A stretch of DNA of 62,804 bases, the filler included, from Jimgerdemannia flammicorona (Eukaryota): assembly GCA_003990765.1 (NCBI GenBank). It is 3 parts of 3 records of this genome, joined end to end, with 100 filler letters (N's around TTAATTAATTAA, not from the genome) between each part and the next. Parts side by side here need not be neighbours in the genome. Positions count along the whole stretch, not along the records: positions 20,975 to 41,847 come from RBNJ01001576.1; positions 41,948 to 62,804 come from RBNJ01001578.1; 1 more part is not named here. One strand, given 5' to 3'. The translations under genes and the position numbers were made by a program. Positions 39,295-52,017 of the stretch are shown here, piece by piece. The notes beneath the pieces are model-generated. The model did no database searches, was not told where the DNA came from, and saw only the letters and a program-made list of their open reading frames with translations. Position 1 is the first letter of the stretch. Every line of letters begins with the position of its first letter.

Positions 39295-41690
39295 TCAGTA
39301 GTAAGATAGACTATATATATCAAGAAGTAAATCCTCAGATATCAGACTATCTTCTCAGCCAGAACAATTGTTCCAATTACACTCTTACCAACCACACCTC
39401 TTTCTAGCACTAGGGTCTTATATCTATACTAGTTAAGCTTAGTCTCTGAGTACTTCTCATATTATTCTATAGTTTTCTTCAAGACAGTCACATTCTCTAC
39501 AGAGCTCAATCTAACTATCATATTATTTATAAAGACTCCTATCTTCCAATTCATATCCAAAATCATCAACCTCCCCCACCTTGTACTAAATTCTGTCTAA
39601 CAGAGGCTTTAAAGAGAGGGTATAAAGGATAGGTAACAACAGATCACCCTGTGACATTCTTTTATTTAGGGAGAACAGTACTCCTCTATATCTATTAATC
39701 AAGATAGCTGCTTGACTCTCCTCCAAAAAACTGACTAAGGATCATCAAAAGTCTAAAGAGACTCCAATATACTTTAGCACTCTATCTAATTACACCCACT
39801 ATATCCTATTATATATCTTCTCTTAGTCTAGAAATATTAGATACATAACTGTCTACTCCAGTAGCTCTAGCTTCTTCAATTATATTATAGATCTATGCCA
39901 TTTTATCTCTGATTAGTCAGCCATTAATAAAGTTCTATTATTCCTCTCCCAACACTCTCTGAGTCATCTTCTGCAACCAGTCAACTAAGATCTTTATAAC
40001 TAGCTTGTAATCTATATTCAGAAGCATAATTGGTCTTCAGTTTTTCTATTTCTCCCTTCTCTTCTTATTCTTGAACAACAGAGTCACTAGGCCTAGACTC
40101 TGTCTACTTATCTACTCTCCAGAGTTAATAACTGTATTATATATCTATAATATCTTCTCTAATATAGCCTCTACTTCAGCCATTCTCTTCTAGAAATCCT
40201 AGGGCAAGCCATCCTCTCCAGGGGCTGTCATAAGACTAGTTGTTCTCAAGACTCAAAAAATATCTTCTTCTTGAATTAGTACCCCTAACTCTCTCAGACT
40301 CTCTACTGGGTCTGGATATCAGTCCTCCAAATGCTGCTCAATGTTCTGCACATCCTCTCCACTCTTCTCCTCACTCTATAATAGTTTCCAGTACTTACTC
40401 AACTAACCCAAGATTCTCTGAGTCTCTATCACTAGCTCCTCTATCTCATCCAATACTTCATTCCTATACTACCTCACCCTTCTCATCTAAAGAAGCCTCA
40501 ATAAGAACTTAGTCAGCTGTTCTCCTTTCTCCAGATCTTGTCACTATAGTCAGGCCACTATATTCTTCATCTGCTCCTTCTTCTCTATTTATAGTAAATC
40601 CTGCAGTTTCTTTATCTCCAACCAGATATATTGAACCCTCTAATCCAATATCTCTGTATCCTCTAATAGATCAGCCCACCTCTTCAATAGCCTCTCTAAT
40701 CTATATAAGGCCCACCTCACATGACCCTACCTCTGGATACTCTGTAGTCTCCCTGCTTCTCCCCAGAAATACTGAGTATCAGACTTCAGTCTATATTACT
40801 AATCTTTAATAGCAAGGTCTGTCTCTCTCTAAACAAGGACCCTGAATTAAATGTCTATAACTCAGACTTCTTATAAAAAGAGCTCACAAGTTTAAGTACT
40901 AATATCCAGGTCTCTCCCCACTTTCTTCAAACTTTTTATATTTCAGGAGGCCCCAGTGATCAGACTATAGATACTACTCAGCTTCCAGTAATTTCCAGAC
41001 ATCACTCTCCTAGCACTTAGTAGTCAGGATCCAGTCAATCCTAGAGCCAAGCTCTTCAATCCAGTATATATAAATCTGGTAGTCTCTCTACCTCTATTGG
41101 TCAGTATCTACTAGAGAGCTAAGTCTTTCAATCTTTTTCCAACTCTCCAGACCCCCACTCTTCTCAGATATTTTTCTCCCATTATCTATTCTGTCTAATC
41201 TTTTATTATAGACTATATATATTAAAGTCACTATCTAAATAGTCAACCCCAGCCTCCACTAGTCTGTTCATGTTCTATAGTCTACTTATTCACTCTACTT
41301 AAACTCTTCTTTCTACCAGGCAGTAGTAAGACCTGATCATCACTAGACTCCAACCTTACCTCTGCTATATCCCTTATACCAACCTACTCTCTCAGTATCC
41401 AATATCCCCAATATCTCTCTTTTCTACAAACTAGAATACTCACTCTTTCTCACTACACTGCTACTCCTCCTCCTCCCCAACTTCTATATTTAGTTCTATA
41501 TATTAGAGTCCATATTATATTCTATATTATATTCTATATCTGTAATAAAAATAGATCAGTATTCAGTTCTTTTCATTAGAAGAAAATATTCCTATACCTT
41601 ACTGCTTTTCTTAACCCATTGATATTTAAAGAAAAGATTCAAGTTATATTGTTTATATTGAAGAAATATATAGAAGATTCTTCTGCTTTA
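39295..41690 (-). mobile_element. Strongly decayed L1-clade LINE ORF2 (APE-RT), lacking 3' end
   Basis: Colinear with ~43200-45550 (FSLNING, IDWIL, APGEDGLP relics) but heavily C>T/G>A mutated. Confidence 0.8.
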
Positions 41691-41695
41691 TAATT

Positions 41696-41698
<3 letters not shown>

Positions 41699-41742
<44 letters not shown>

Positions 41743-41847
41743 GTCCTTTGGACTCCATCTTTATTACTAGGATAGCTATTGTCCAGCAGCTCGAACATGC
41801 CAGGCGCAGCAGGGCTGATAAGCCCGCACCTCTTTCTGTGTTCCATG
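41699..41847 (-). mobile_element. Second copy (3' end) of the SINE-like element, with the L1-family terminal hairpin
   Basis: Poly(T) at 41699-41739, then atagtcctttggact, then an 80-nt match to 38171-38252. Cut by the gap. Confidence 0.7.
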
Positions 41848-41947
41848 NNNNNNNNNNNNNNNNNNNNNNNNNNNNNNNNNNNNNNNNNNNNTTAATTAAT
41901 TAANNNNNNNNNNNNNNNNNNNNNNNNNNNNNNNNNNNNNNNNNNNN
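41848..41947. other. Assembly gap with artificial TTAATTAATTAA linker
   Basis: N-run with a central ttaattaattaa. Confidence 0.95.
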
Positions 41948-44900
41948 ACTTTGTCGAATACTATCCCCACCCTCCCACCACTCTGCTCACAGATCCTCAT
42001 CACTAAACTGCGATGTCATCCCCCCTGAGGACCCCAACCCACCCACCATCCAGTCAGCAGATCTCCCACCAGCTCAACACCTTCTTCCGCAGCCCCAACT
42101 GCTGCCCCTCCTCAAATACAAAAAGCCAATGACCCACCAGTCCCACCTATACTGCTAACACCCACCCTACAGTGAGCCAACTATCCCCCACCCCACCCAC
42201 AAGCCAAGACCTTAAGACCTCCCAGTGACCCCCCTCCCCCACCAGCTGATGCCCTACACCCAGTCTATCCCCTATTTCAGCCCAAAATTCCCCCAAGACC
42301 TCACACTCTCCCAGCCAATATTCTGGTGTCTGTACATGACCCCCAGCTTGCCCAACATTGTAACACTCCTCGCAGTCAAATTGTCCACCCTCTACTAAAT
42401 ACCCCGAGCAGAAATTCAGCATGACATTTCTCCGCAACATTCTCCACCAAACCACCCAGAACTTGGGAGGAAGCCACCACTGTACCTCAGCACTCTAAGA
42501 CCAGATGCCTGCCCAGTCCCACTCCTCTCTGATTCCAACTGCCTACCAGCCACTCGGCCAAAGGTCCTGGCCAAGTCCCTGCTGACACTCCACTCCCTCC
42601 CCAATATCGAATGCAGCCAGTGGAGTACCCCCCAGGAGCAGTCTATCCCAATGCCACATATTAGGCCCCCACGCCACCTCCCCCTCATTACCTCACCAGC
42701 GCAGCTCAATTTGGTGTGCTCTATCAGCCACTCTCTACCAAAAGCCCTTGAACCATAGCCTCCGAATTCCATTCAGCCCCACCAAAGAGAGCAGATCCCC
42801 AGAGGACCCTTGAGGGGATGTTCGCAGCTCCCATACCTTCTGCAGCAGAGGCACCCAACCTCTGCCCTGCAGTTCCACCACTCTCTTCAACCACCAGGCT
42901 CTCAAGCAGTACAGCCTCTTAGGGAAATCCACCAGGCCAAGACCTCCCCTAACTACTGGTCTCACAAGAGTATCCCAACTGACCTGGAACCTCCTCCCTG
43001 CCCAGATCCAATCCCTAGCCACCTTCGTCAGCTTCTTCACCACCCATGCTAGGAAGTCGAGGTGATATGCCACATTCTATAACTTTGGGAACCAATATAC
43101 ATTCAGGATTGACACCTGCCCTGCTAGAGAGATATGGTAGCCTCCCTAACCTCAAAGGGCCTCCCCCCAACTATTCACCCTGTTCTCCCACCACACTCAT
43201 GGCAAGACAGAACCATATATAGAGAGGAAGATGCCCAGATACCACACTACCTCACCAGTAGGGACAATTGTTCCAATGATGTCCCCACCCACTAGCCCAT
43301 TCCCTAGCACCATCGTCTCACACTTATGCCAGTTGAGTTTTGCCCCCAAGTGAGCCTCATACCATTCCACAGTCTCCTGAAGTGCTCCTACATCTGCCAC
43401 AGACCCAAGTCCAACCACCATATCATCAGCAAAGGCCCCCACCTTCCACACTATACTATATATCGAGAGCCCTACTACCTTCCGGCAAATCCTATCCATC
43501 AACGGCTCCATTGAAAGGGTATAAAGAATCAGAGATAGAGGGTCTCCCTGAGGTACCCCCCTTCCCAAGGGAAATGCCCTCCCATGGTGACCATTACATG
43601 TCAGAGCTGCCCAAATACTTTCCAGCAGACTCAACATAGAGGTCCTAAATATTGGGGGAACACCAATTCGGTCCAATACCCTTTCCAGCCACACCCACCA
43701 GACATGGTCGTAGGCCTTCTCCTGATCTAGAAAGACCAACCTTCCATCTAGTCCACAGGCCCGGACCCCTTCAATAACACCATGAACCCATGCAGTCTCA
43801 TCTCTTATTAGCCTGCCCCCAACAAAACCCCTCTGCTCTTCCCCCAGCACCTGTTGGGCAACTTTCTGCAGCCTTGCAACAATCACCTTAGTCACCATCT
43901 TCCTGTCCATATCCAGAAGCATGATCGGCCTCTAGTTCTTCCAGTCTTCCCTTCTTCCCTTATCTTTATACAGTAAGGCCACCAGCCCCAGATCCTGCTC
44001 TCCAACCCACTCACCGCTCTGAAGGACATGGTCACAAAGAGCAGCCATCTCACCCAAAACTCCGGGGATGTTTACCATCTTCTTCCAGAAGTCCTATGGC
44101 AATCCATCCTCCCCTGGTACCATCCCAAGCTTAGCTGCTGCCAGGATACTCTGGATCTCCTCTCCCTGCACTGGTAAGATCAGGTCCCCCAGTCCCGCAA
44201 CCTGCGGTGGCTCCCACTCGTCTAGTGTATTTGCAATCTCTGCCTCATCTGCACCCCCTTCTCCCTCACTCCACAAGCCCTGTCATCTCTCCTTCAAGAC
44301 CCCCAGGATTTGTTGCATGCCATGAACCATGTCCCCATCAGCATCCAGGACCCCATCCCACCGATGATACACTCTCCTAGCTTTGAGAAGTCTCGATAAG
44401 TACCTAGTAGGCCGCTCACCCTCCTCAAGCCCCTGCCACTGCAGCCTAGCAATCATGCCCCGCATATGGGTCTCCTCCTCTTCCCTCAGTACCTGTTGTA
44501 GTTCCACTATCTCCAATTTCGCCCTCTCTATCCTCCAGTCCTCCACCCTGACAACAGTGAGCAAATCCACCCAATCTATTTGTAGTCTCCTCAGCCTGCT
44601 GGAAGCACATCTCATGCGCCTCCTTCTCTGCCTCCCAGCCTCTCTACCAGCCCCTCCCCAATAAACCCTCACAGCCTCTTTCAACCTCATCCAGCAGACA
44701 GCTACAGGAAAACCCTCATGCTTCCAGATAACAACTTTTGCCTGAATGTCCTCCACCCACAGTTCCCACAGCCCCTTCTCAGCCAGCAGGGAGGAGTTAA
44801 GGCACCAATATCCAGGTCCATCTCCACTCCCCCCAAACTGCCCCTGCCCTAACAGTCCCCAGTGATCAGATCATGGGCACCACTCCACTTCCAATGTCTT

Positions 44901-47690
44901 CCAAACATCCGAACCCCAGCACTCCACCATCAGAATCCAGTCAATTCTTGTGCCCAGGCCATTCACCCAATGCATGTAAACCCTAGTGTCACCCCACCTA
45001 GTTCTGCCTATATCCCCCAAGGAGCTCAATGTCTCCATCTCCTCCCATGTATCCAGACCTCCACTTCTACCCCTGGCACTCCTCCCTCCATCAGTTCTGT
45101 CCAGACACTGATCCCAAACCATATTAAAGTCCCCACCAAGAACATCGACCCCTTCCTCCAAGAGAATACCCTCCTTCAGCAACCCCCTAATCCATGCAGT
45201 CCTCTCACCCCTAGCTGCAGAGCAGTAGCAAGAGCTCACCTTCCCTGATTCCCACCCTGGCCAATGCCAATCTCTCCAGACCAAGTGATCACCCCAGCTC
45301 CTGATTCCCCCCAAGTCTCCTCTGCCCTTTCTCACCAGAATTGCTATCTTTCCAAACCAAGCAGTGGCCCTCCCCCATTCCCTTGTCCACTCTACCTGAT
45401 CATCCTCATCCTCACACTGAACATCCTGCAATAAAAAGAGATCAGCCTCCAATCTCTTGAGCCAAGTAAAAATGTTCCTATGCCACCCAGAGCCCCGCAG
45501 CCCATTTACATTTAAGGAAAAAATGTTGGTTGTACTGTTCATAAAGAATAACAATATATATTGGGGTCCCATCCTCTATAAGTCGGCATTCTGCCTCTCC
45601 TGCACCAAGTCCAAGTCATGTTCAGCAGCCAGTTCCCTCTCCCCAGCTTCCCATGCCTCCAACTCTCCCAGAAGTTCTACCATTGCCCCATCCTCACACT
45701 CCTCAAAATCCTCGTGATACTCCAGACAGGCCTCCTGCCAGAGCCGCAGACCATGATGCTCTGCCCAACAGTAGTCTGCCTGCTCACCAGCGACTACCCC
45801 AAGCTCTGCCTTCCTCACTTTGTCAATCTCATATCCCTCCTCCTCCAGCAAAATTGCCAGAATCTCCACCTTCAGTGCCTCCACCATTCCATCACCATGC
45901 AGAATCCTTGCCCAATGCTCCTCAGGCATTGCCTGCAGGTCTACCTCCCCCAATGCTTCTGCTGTAAGGTTATCCATCACCTTACACATCCACAATAAGT
46001 TCCCCACCTCCTTCCCTCCCAGAGTCCCCGGTCACCCTGTATCCAACATTGTGGTATCAGCCCCTACACTAGCAGCCTCATCCCACTCCTCCTCAGGGAC
46101 ATCCACCAGCTCATCCTCACCAACCGCTACCACCTGACCCCTTTGTGCCACATCCGGGACCCCAAAGCACACCTGCTGGGCCTCCCACATCCGTGTATCC
46201 TCCATCATCCCTCTCTTCCCCACTGGGCCCCTCCTGATAAGTGGGGGGGGGGTGGTGTCCAACTCTGACTCCCACACTTCAAAGGTACCATCAGTAAATG
46301 GGTCCATGTCCAGCCCCTTTCCAGCTCCTACCTCCTTTGCCTCTACCTCCTCTCCTCCTTTACCAGCCCAGACACTGGCCTCAGCACCTCCAGACTCCTC
46401 AACTCCATCTGACTCCCTCTTCCCCCCACCTGTTATACTCGCCAATAGCTCCTTCTGCCTCTTGTGTCCCTGGACCCACTCCCATTGCTTCTTATCCATA
46501 TGGATATGCCTCCTGCCCACAACCTCCAGATGTGTTGACTCCTTATACAGTTTCCAGGCCTTCGCCCTCCTCTCCACAGTACCACCCAACTCCTCCAGCA
46601 CCTCTAACAAGTCCTCCTCCTCCTCTTCGCTCCCCTTCACCCTTGTCACCTTATAGATGACGGCCCCCCACATTAGCACCGAGGGCCAGTCACTCGCCTT
46701 CCCTGTGGCCTCCTTCTCTGCCAACCGAATCCTGACATTGACATCGCCTATTCTGATAGTTGTCCCCTCCCACAACTGAAAGCCAATGTCCACCATATCA
46801 CCATACTCTACTATCACCCCCTCCACCCTCCTCCTAGTCTCCTCCTTAGTCACCATGGGCACCCTCCTCACCAGAAGCTGTACCACCCTGGGGTCCTACC
46901 TCAAGCACCTCACCATGGAGACCACCACCTCCCCAACCACCACTCCTGTCTTCATAGCCTCATCCAGTAGGCCTGCCTCCTCAAAGCCCACCTCAACCCC
47001 CTCCAGGCCCTTCAAGAACTTTGCTGAGGCCGCACCAGCCACCTGCCTCGAGATAAGCCCCAGGACCATTCTCGCCATCACTGCCAAGCCCCTGAAGCAC
47101 AAGGTAGCCACAAACTCCAAGATCGACTTCTTGAGCAATGGGGCCACTGCCAGTCCTGTTACACCATCAGCCAGGTCCCCCTTCTGCATCGGGAAACCCT
47201 GCCCCCCCTGGCCATCAGCTGTCACATCTCTTTTTTTTTCCTGATTTGCCATCACACCACTATCAGCAGTCCCGCCACTACCCCCAGCAGTCCCTCCACT
47301 TCCCCCACCTCCCACCAGCAAAGGCCCAGCTCCCCCAGCAGTTCTATCCTTCTGCTTCCCCTTCCCTCCTGCCGGTCCACCATGAGTGCCCAACGGCCAG
47401 CCCCCATCCCTCAGCATGTCCACAAAGCTCCTCCCCTGCTTCCCTCCAGCCCCCCCACTAGTGCCACCTCTACTACCTGAGCTGCCCTGCCCACTTGAGC
47501 CACCGAAAGACTCCATCCCTAATCCTACCCTCTCCCAACATGCTGCTAGTTGAAGGCCCCAGGTCCACCTGACCTAGTACGTGCGTCAGCTTGCTTGCTG
47601 GTTGACATCTCCTTAGTATCTTTCTCCAATAAATGCTTCAAAAGTGTGTTGTAAAGTATGTGTAACGTGAATTGTAGTGGAGAGAGATGA
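41948..47690 (-). mobile_element. Near full-length L1-clade LINE (ORF1 ~47608-45576; ORF2 ~45572-41950), disrupted
   Basis: IFSLNVNGLRG, LLQDV, GGDFN, RIDWIL, SDH, FLDQEKAYDHV, GVPQGDPLS, AFADD and CEEC..WLGEC. Scattered stops. Confidence 0.92.
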
Positions 47691-49747
47691 ATCTTTCTGA
47701 TTCTGATAGTGTATTGATAGCAATCATTGACATGCTCCATATAGTACATCTTGATTCTGTGAGGACAGACTCCTTGTAGTGAATAGCCTTCTGCAATCTT
47801 TTTGCACCATTCTTTTTCACTCATCTATCCTACTTTTCTCTTCAGAATAGTTACCATATAAGCTTCCTCCTGCTCACTCTCTTCTTCCTCCATGTCAGGC
47901 AAGACTCCTTTGTTGACATTGATGGGAATTTGTATCCTCTGTCCCTAGTAGGTGATTTGCATCTTCTGGGCATTGAGATCGATTACTGCCCTGACTTTGT
48001 GAAGCCATTGATTGCTGATGAGGATATCATATTTGGTGATATTGGTTACAATCACATCTACTGGAATGGTTGCTCCTCCAATCTTGATGGGGACATCTCA
48101 GATCTTTCTCAGAGGGGTGGCTCTTGTGCCATCTACTGTAACAAACACCAACTTGGTTGCTTTTTCAACCTCCCAACCTAGGTGGTCTGCTGCCTTCTTG
48201 CTGAGAAGACATCCTCCTGCTCTAGTATCAATGATAGCTTCAAAGACTCTATCTTTAATTTGGCATATTGCATAGGCAGAGGTTTTGTGATTGTCTTCAC
48301 TTTCTTCTCCTGAGTCCTCTTGAATGTTATTGGCCTTGGTTATCTTCCATTCTTGCTCTTTGGTTATTTTGGCAAGTCTGAACCTCATTTGTTGTCTGAA
48401 TGTTGGGATTTCTGCGAGCTGACCAAAGGTTGCATTGACCTTTTGTTGGCTAAGGTCCTTGAAGATATCATACTTAAAAGTCTTGGTCTTGCGAAGTTTC
48501 TTTTCTTTTTCTTCTTTGCTGGCTGGGGTAGTTTCTTGGATAATATCTTGAACTGCTTGCTCCAGCTCTATATCTTGGTTCATCTCTTCAGCTTGACTTT
48601 TGGTGGCCATTTCCATCTGCTTTTCTACTGAGCTCTTCTTGGGTCTTCCTGGTGGTCTCTTATAGGGTTTCTTGTGAACATCCTTCTTAGTAGTTTGAGC
48701 AGGATAGGCCTCTCATTCTTCTTCATCAGAATCTTCAATTTCCTCGAAGGTAATTGTATTGGCCTGCTTCTTGTTTTGTATAGCATTGCTTGGTTGAGCC
48801 TTGCACTTGGTTTCACTCATACATTCATAGGAGTAGTGGCCTTCTTCTCTGCAAGTATAGCAGATGCCTTTCTTCTTATCTGAGGTAGCAGCAAACTTCT
48901 GGACAGGGTGGCAGTCTCTTCCTCTGATCTCCTTTACTACATCCCCCAAGTGGGCAGTCATTTCTGTGAACCTTTTGGTAAGTTCCTCCAGAGGGTCACT
49001 GTTCTTTTGCTGCTCTGTAACTTTGGGCTGAGGTGTGTTTCGATTGATCATTGTGGTAGGGATCACACTGGTTGACTTAGGTGCCTTGATTCTGACTTCT
49101 ATAACTCTCTCCATTATATGGTCTTATGGGTGTCTGGCTATCCAGTATTGCTGAGCATAGGTGACCTTCTGTGGCAGATCCAGAATCACTAGTGATGAGA
49201 AGATGGCCATAGCTATTTCTGGGTGGACTCCTTTCATGAAAGTTGCTTTGGCTACTTGATCTCGGATAACAGCAGCATAATCTGCAAGGATTATCTGATA
49301 TCAAATTCTGGTATAGAATGTATTTGGATCCTCACTCATTCCTTGGCATATTGTATTGAGCTGATCCTTCAGGGCTTGCTTGATCTCATCTGTATAATAT
49401 GTATTTTGGAGCCAGGTCTTCTGTACTATCAGTATAGCATTGGCATTATTTCCTATATGGGTTACAGCTATGAATGCTGCTCTGGCAGGACCTCATAGGC
49501 TGAAGGGCATGAGGGCTACTTGCTGTACTACTGTCAGGGTCCTTACAGTAGCATACTGCTCGAAATCATCAATGAAGGTGATGATTGATTCATCTGAGAT
49601 ATATTTGTAGAATACTGGTGGTCTCATATCTATCTTATCTGGGTATTGGGGCTCAGTTTGTATGGTTGTTCAGATAGGGGCGGTTGTTCGTTGTTCAGCT
49701 TGAAAGTGAGGGATTCGTCTTGAATCACCAGCCAATGGGTATTAAGT
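47690..49747 (-). mobile_element. Ty3/gypsy-like gag-protease internal region, decayed
   Basis: Gag from ~49627, zinc knuckle CYTCREEGHYSYEC, protease AIIDTR(G)AGGCLL..VDGT..YDILISNQWL. Interrupted by a LINE. Confidence 0.85.
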
Positions 49748-50219
49748 TGTAATGTAGTAGACACTTACTCTTAAAAGTATATCAGATTTCTATATCTTGA
49801 AAACTTGACTGTTCTGACTCTCGTAGAGTCTCTTGAATTGCAGGGGAGAGTGGGTGAGTTCGAAGTGTATCTGCCCACAGGCTTACTAGTTTTTTTGCTA
49901 TCTCTTTGCTTTGAACTATTTCGATCTGAGGTTTATTCACTCTAAGATACTGGGTTATTTATACAAGTTTTGCTAACTATAAGATAGCTAAGTAATGGCT
50001 CATTTTGCAAGTATTGAATCTTTTAATATCTGCTAAGATTTTGCTAATCATGAAGATTTTAACATCTCCTAAATCTTTACAAACATTAAAGTTTCTGCAC
50101 TTTGTGGAATATGGCTGCTATTTTTATAAGGCTAAGCTATATTGGGAATCAGATTCAGGTACTATGATCAAATGTCTATTTCCCCTATTTCATATTACTA
50201 ATTTGGATCAGCTGTCACA
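49748..50219 (-). repeat. 5' LTR of the gag-protease element
   Basis: TGT..ACA termini, a TATAAATA box on the minus strand (~49955), and position immediately upstream of gag. Confidence 0.55.
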
Positions 50220-50599
50220 CTATATAGTATAAAGGGATTAGTAGAAATAATATTATGTATATATTAAACAAAAGTATTAGTTATATTATAAATGTATCTT
50301 CTTTTTTAATTTTTTATCTGCAATAATTGCAAATAATATCATCTTCAGTCTTAATATAATGTTGCCAGATTTCAGAATGAGAATTATATAGAAAGTGTGG
50401 AACTATTGAGGATGTTTGACTTGAAGCATCATCAGTACTATAAACTGTTGAAGACTGATCTGTTGATATATATATTTATATATTTATATATTTGTATATA
50501 TGTTTTTACATATATATATATTTATATATATATATATTTATATGTATATATATTTGAATGCATATGTATATATAGATATATCTAGTATATAAGTCATAT

Positions 50600-50940
50600 A
50601 GAGGATTCAGATTGGAGGATTCAGATTGAAGGATTCAGATTAGATAATTTGAATGAGATGATTCAGATTGAATAATTTAGATTGAGTGATTTAGATTGAA
50701 TAATTCAGATTGAGTTATTCAGATTGAGTAATTCAGATTAAGTGATTCAGATTGAGTGATTTAGATTGAGTAGTTTAGATTAAGTAATTCAGATTGAGTA
50801 ATTTGGATAGAGTGATTTGGATGAAGTAATTCAGATTAATCCAAGTTAATTTAAATTGTTTTAGATTTGAGATTTGGGTCAAACTATCATATGATAAATC
50901 AAATCCAGATTTGATTTAAATTGACTTATTCAGAGTACTA
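50600..50940. repeat. 14-bp tandem repeat (TTCAGATTGAGTGA variants) next to a TIR-like end ..GAGTACTA
   Basis: Period-14 array at ~50600-50838. The end at 50940 resembles the TIR of 6505-6843. Confidence 0.7.
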
Positions 50941-52017
50941 GCTACTAGTATAAGAATCTAAAAGTAATACTTAGACTATATTACTATAATAGATAATTAA
51001 AACTCAGTACTTTCTTATAAGAACTCAGAACTTAGAGCTGATAGTTAATTCTGATTATTTGTAATATATTAATTCTCTCAGCATATAGTTTTATTATACT
51101 CAACTTATATATATATATATAATTTCTATAGTTTAAAGTAAATAAATCTCTATTTAATTTATTAGTAAAATATAAAAGATACTAAGAGACTAAAAAAGAT
51201 TCTAAAGATCAATATATCTATCTAAAGTATAAAGCTCAGATATTGAAAAGATAAATCTCTTTTATTACCTTTTTATCTATAGATAAAATTATCTTTAAAA
51301 ATTATTTAGTAGATAAATTAAACTTTTAAAAAAATAATTTTCTAAAACATTATTTTTCTGTTGAAAATATAACCCAATTTGTTCACCAAAGATATGTAGA
51401 ATTATTATAAAAAATTATTGATAAAAAATTATTTTTATAAAATTTCAACTATAAGTAAAAAAAAATTATATAAAAGTTATTATTATTTTATAAGTTATTA
51501 TAGATTAATATATTTATTATATATAATAATAAACTAATATATAAGACTTATCTTAATATTAGAGTATATTTTTAAGATATAATAGAAATATATATTACTA
51601 TTTTATATTATAAAATTTAATAATTGATTAGTAAATTGAGATAATTATATATAAGTAATTTATCTTTACTAGTAGTCTAATAGGACAGAAGCTTCAGATG
51701 TGTACTTTCAGAGTTTAAGCCTTGTTTAAAATATATTTATTTTATTAGATTTTTCTTTAGTTATATAACACTATTGTGATTTAGCCTTTATAATTAACAA
51801 GCTGATTAGTTAAAGTTCAGGAGCTTTAAAGTAAGCAGAGACAGTGGCCTCAATATTTTTGTATTATTTCTTATTGAGTTCTATCTTCTGCATAATAGTG
51901 ATATCCCGAGGCTAAGGTCATTTTTCTCTTGATTCAGGTGACTACTTTGAAAATGAGTTCTTTTTTGTTGACGTCTCCAGGGGTGGCGTCACGATATATA
52001 CCAAATGACAAATGTCC

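Noticed and set aside
41808..41830. CTGATAAG resembling a hammerhead ribozyme core (CUGAUGAG)
   Set aside because: It lies on the antisense strand of the element, has no GAAA partner, and is not conserved in the other copy.
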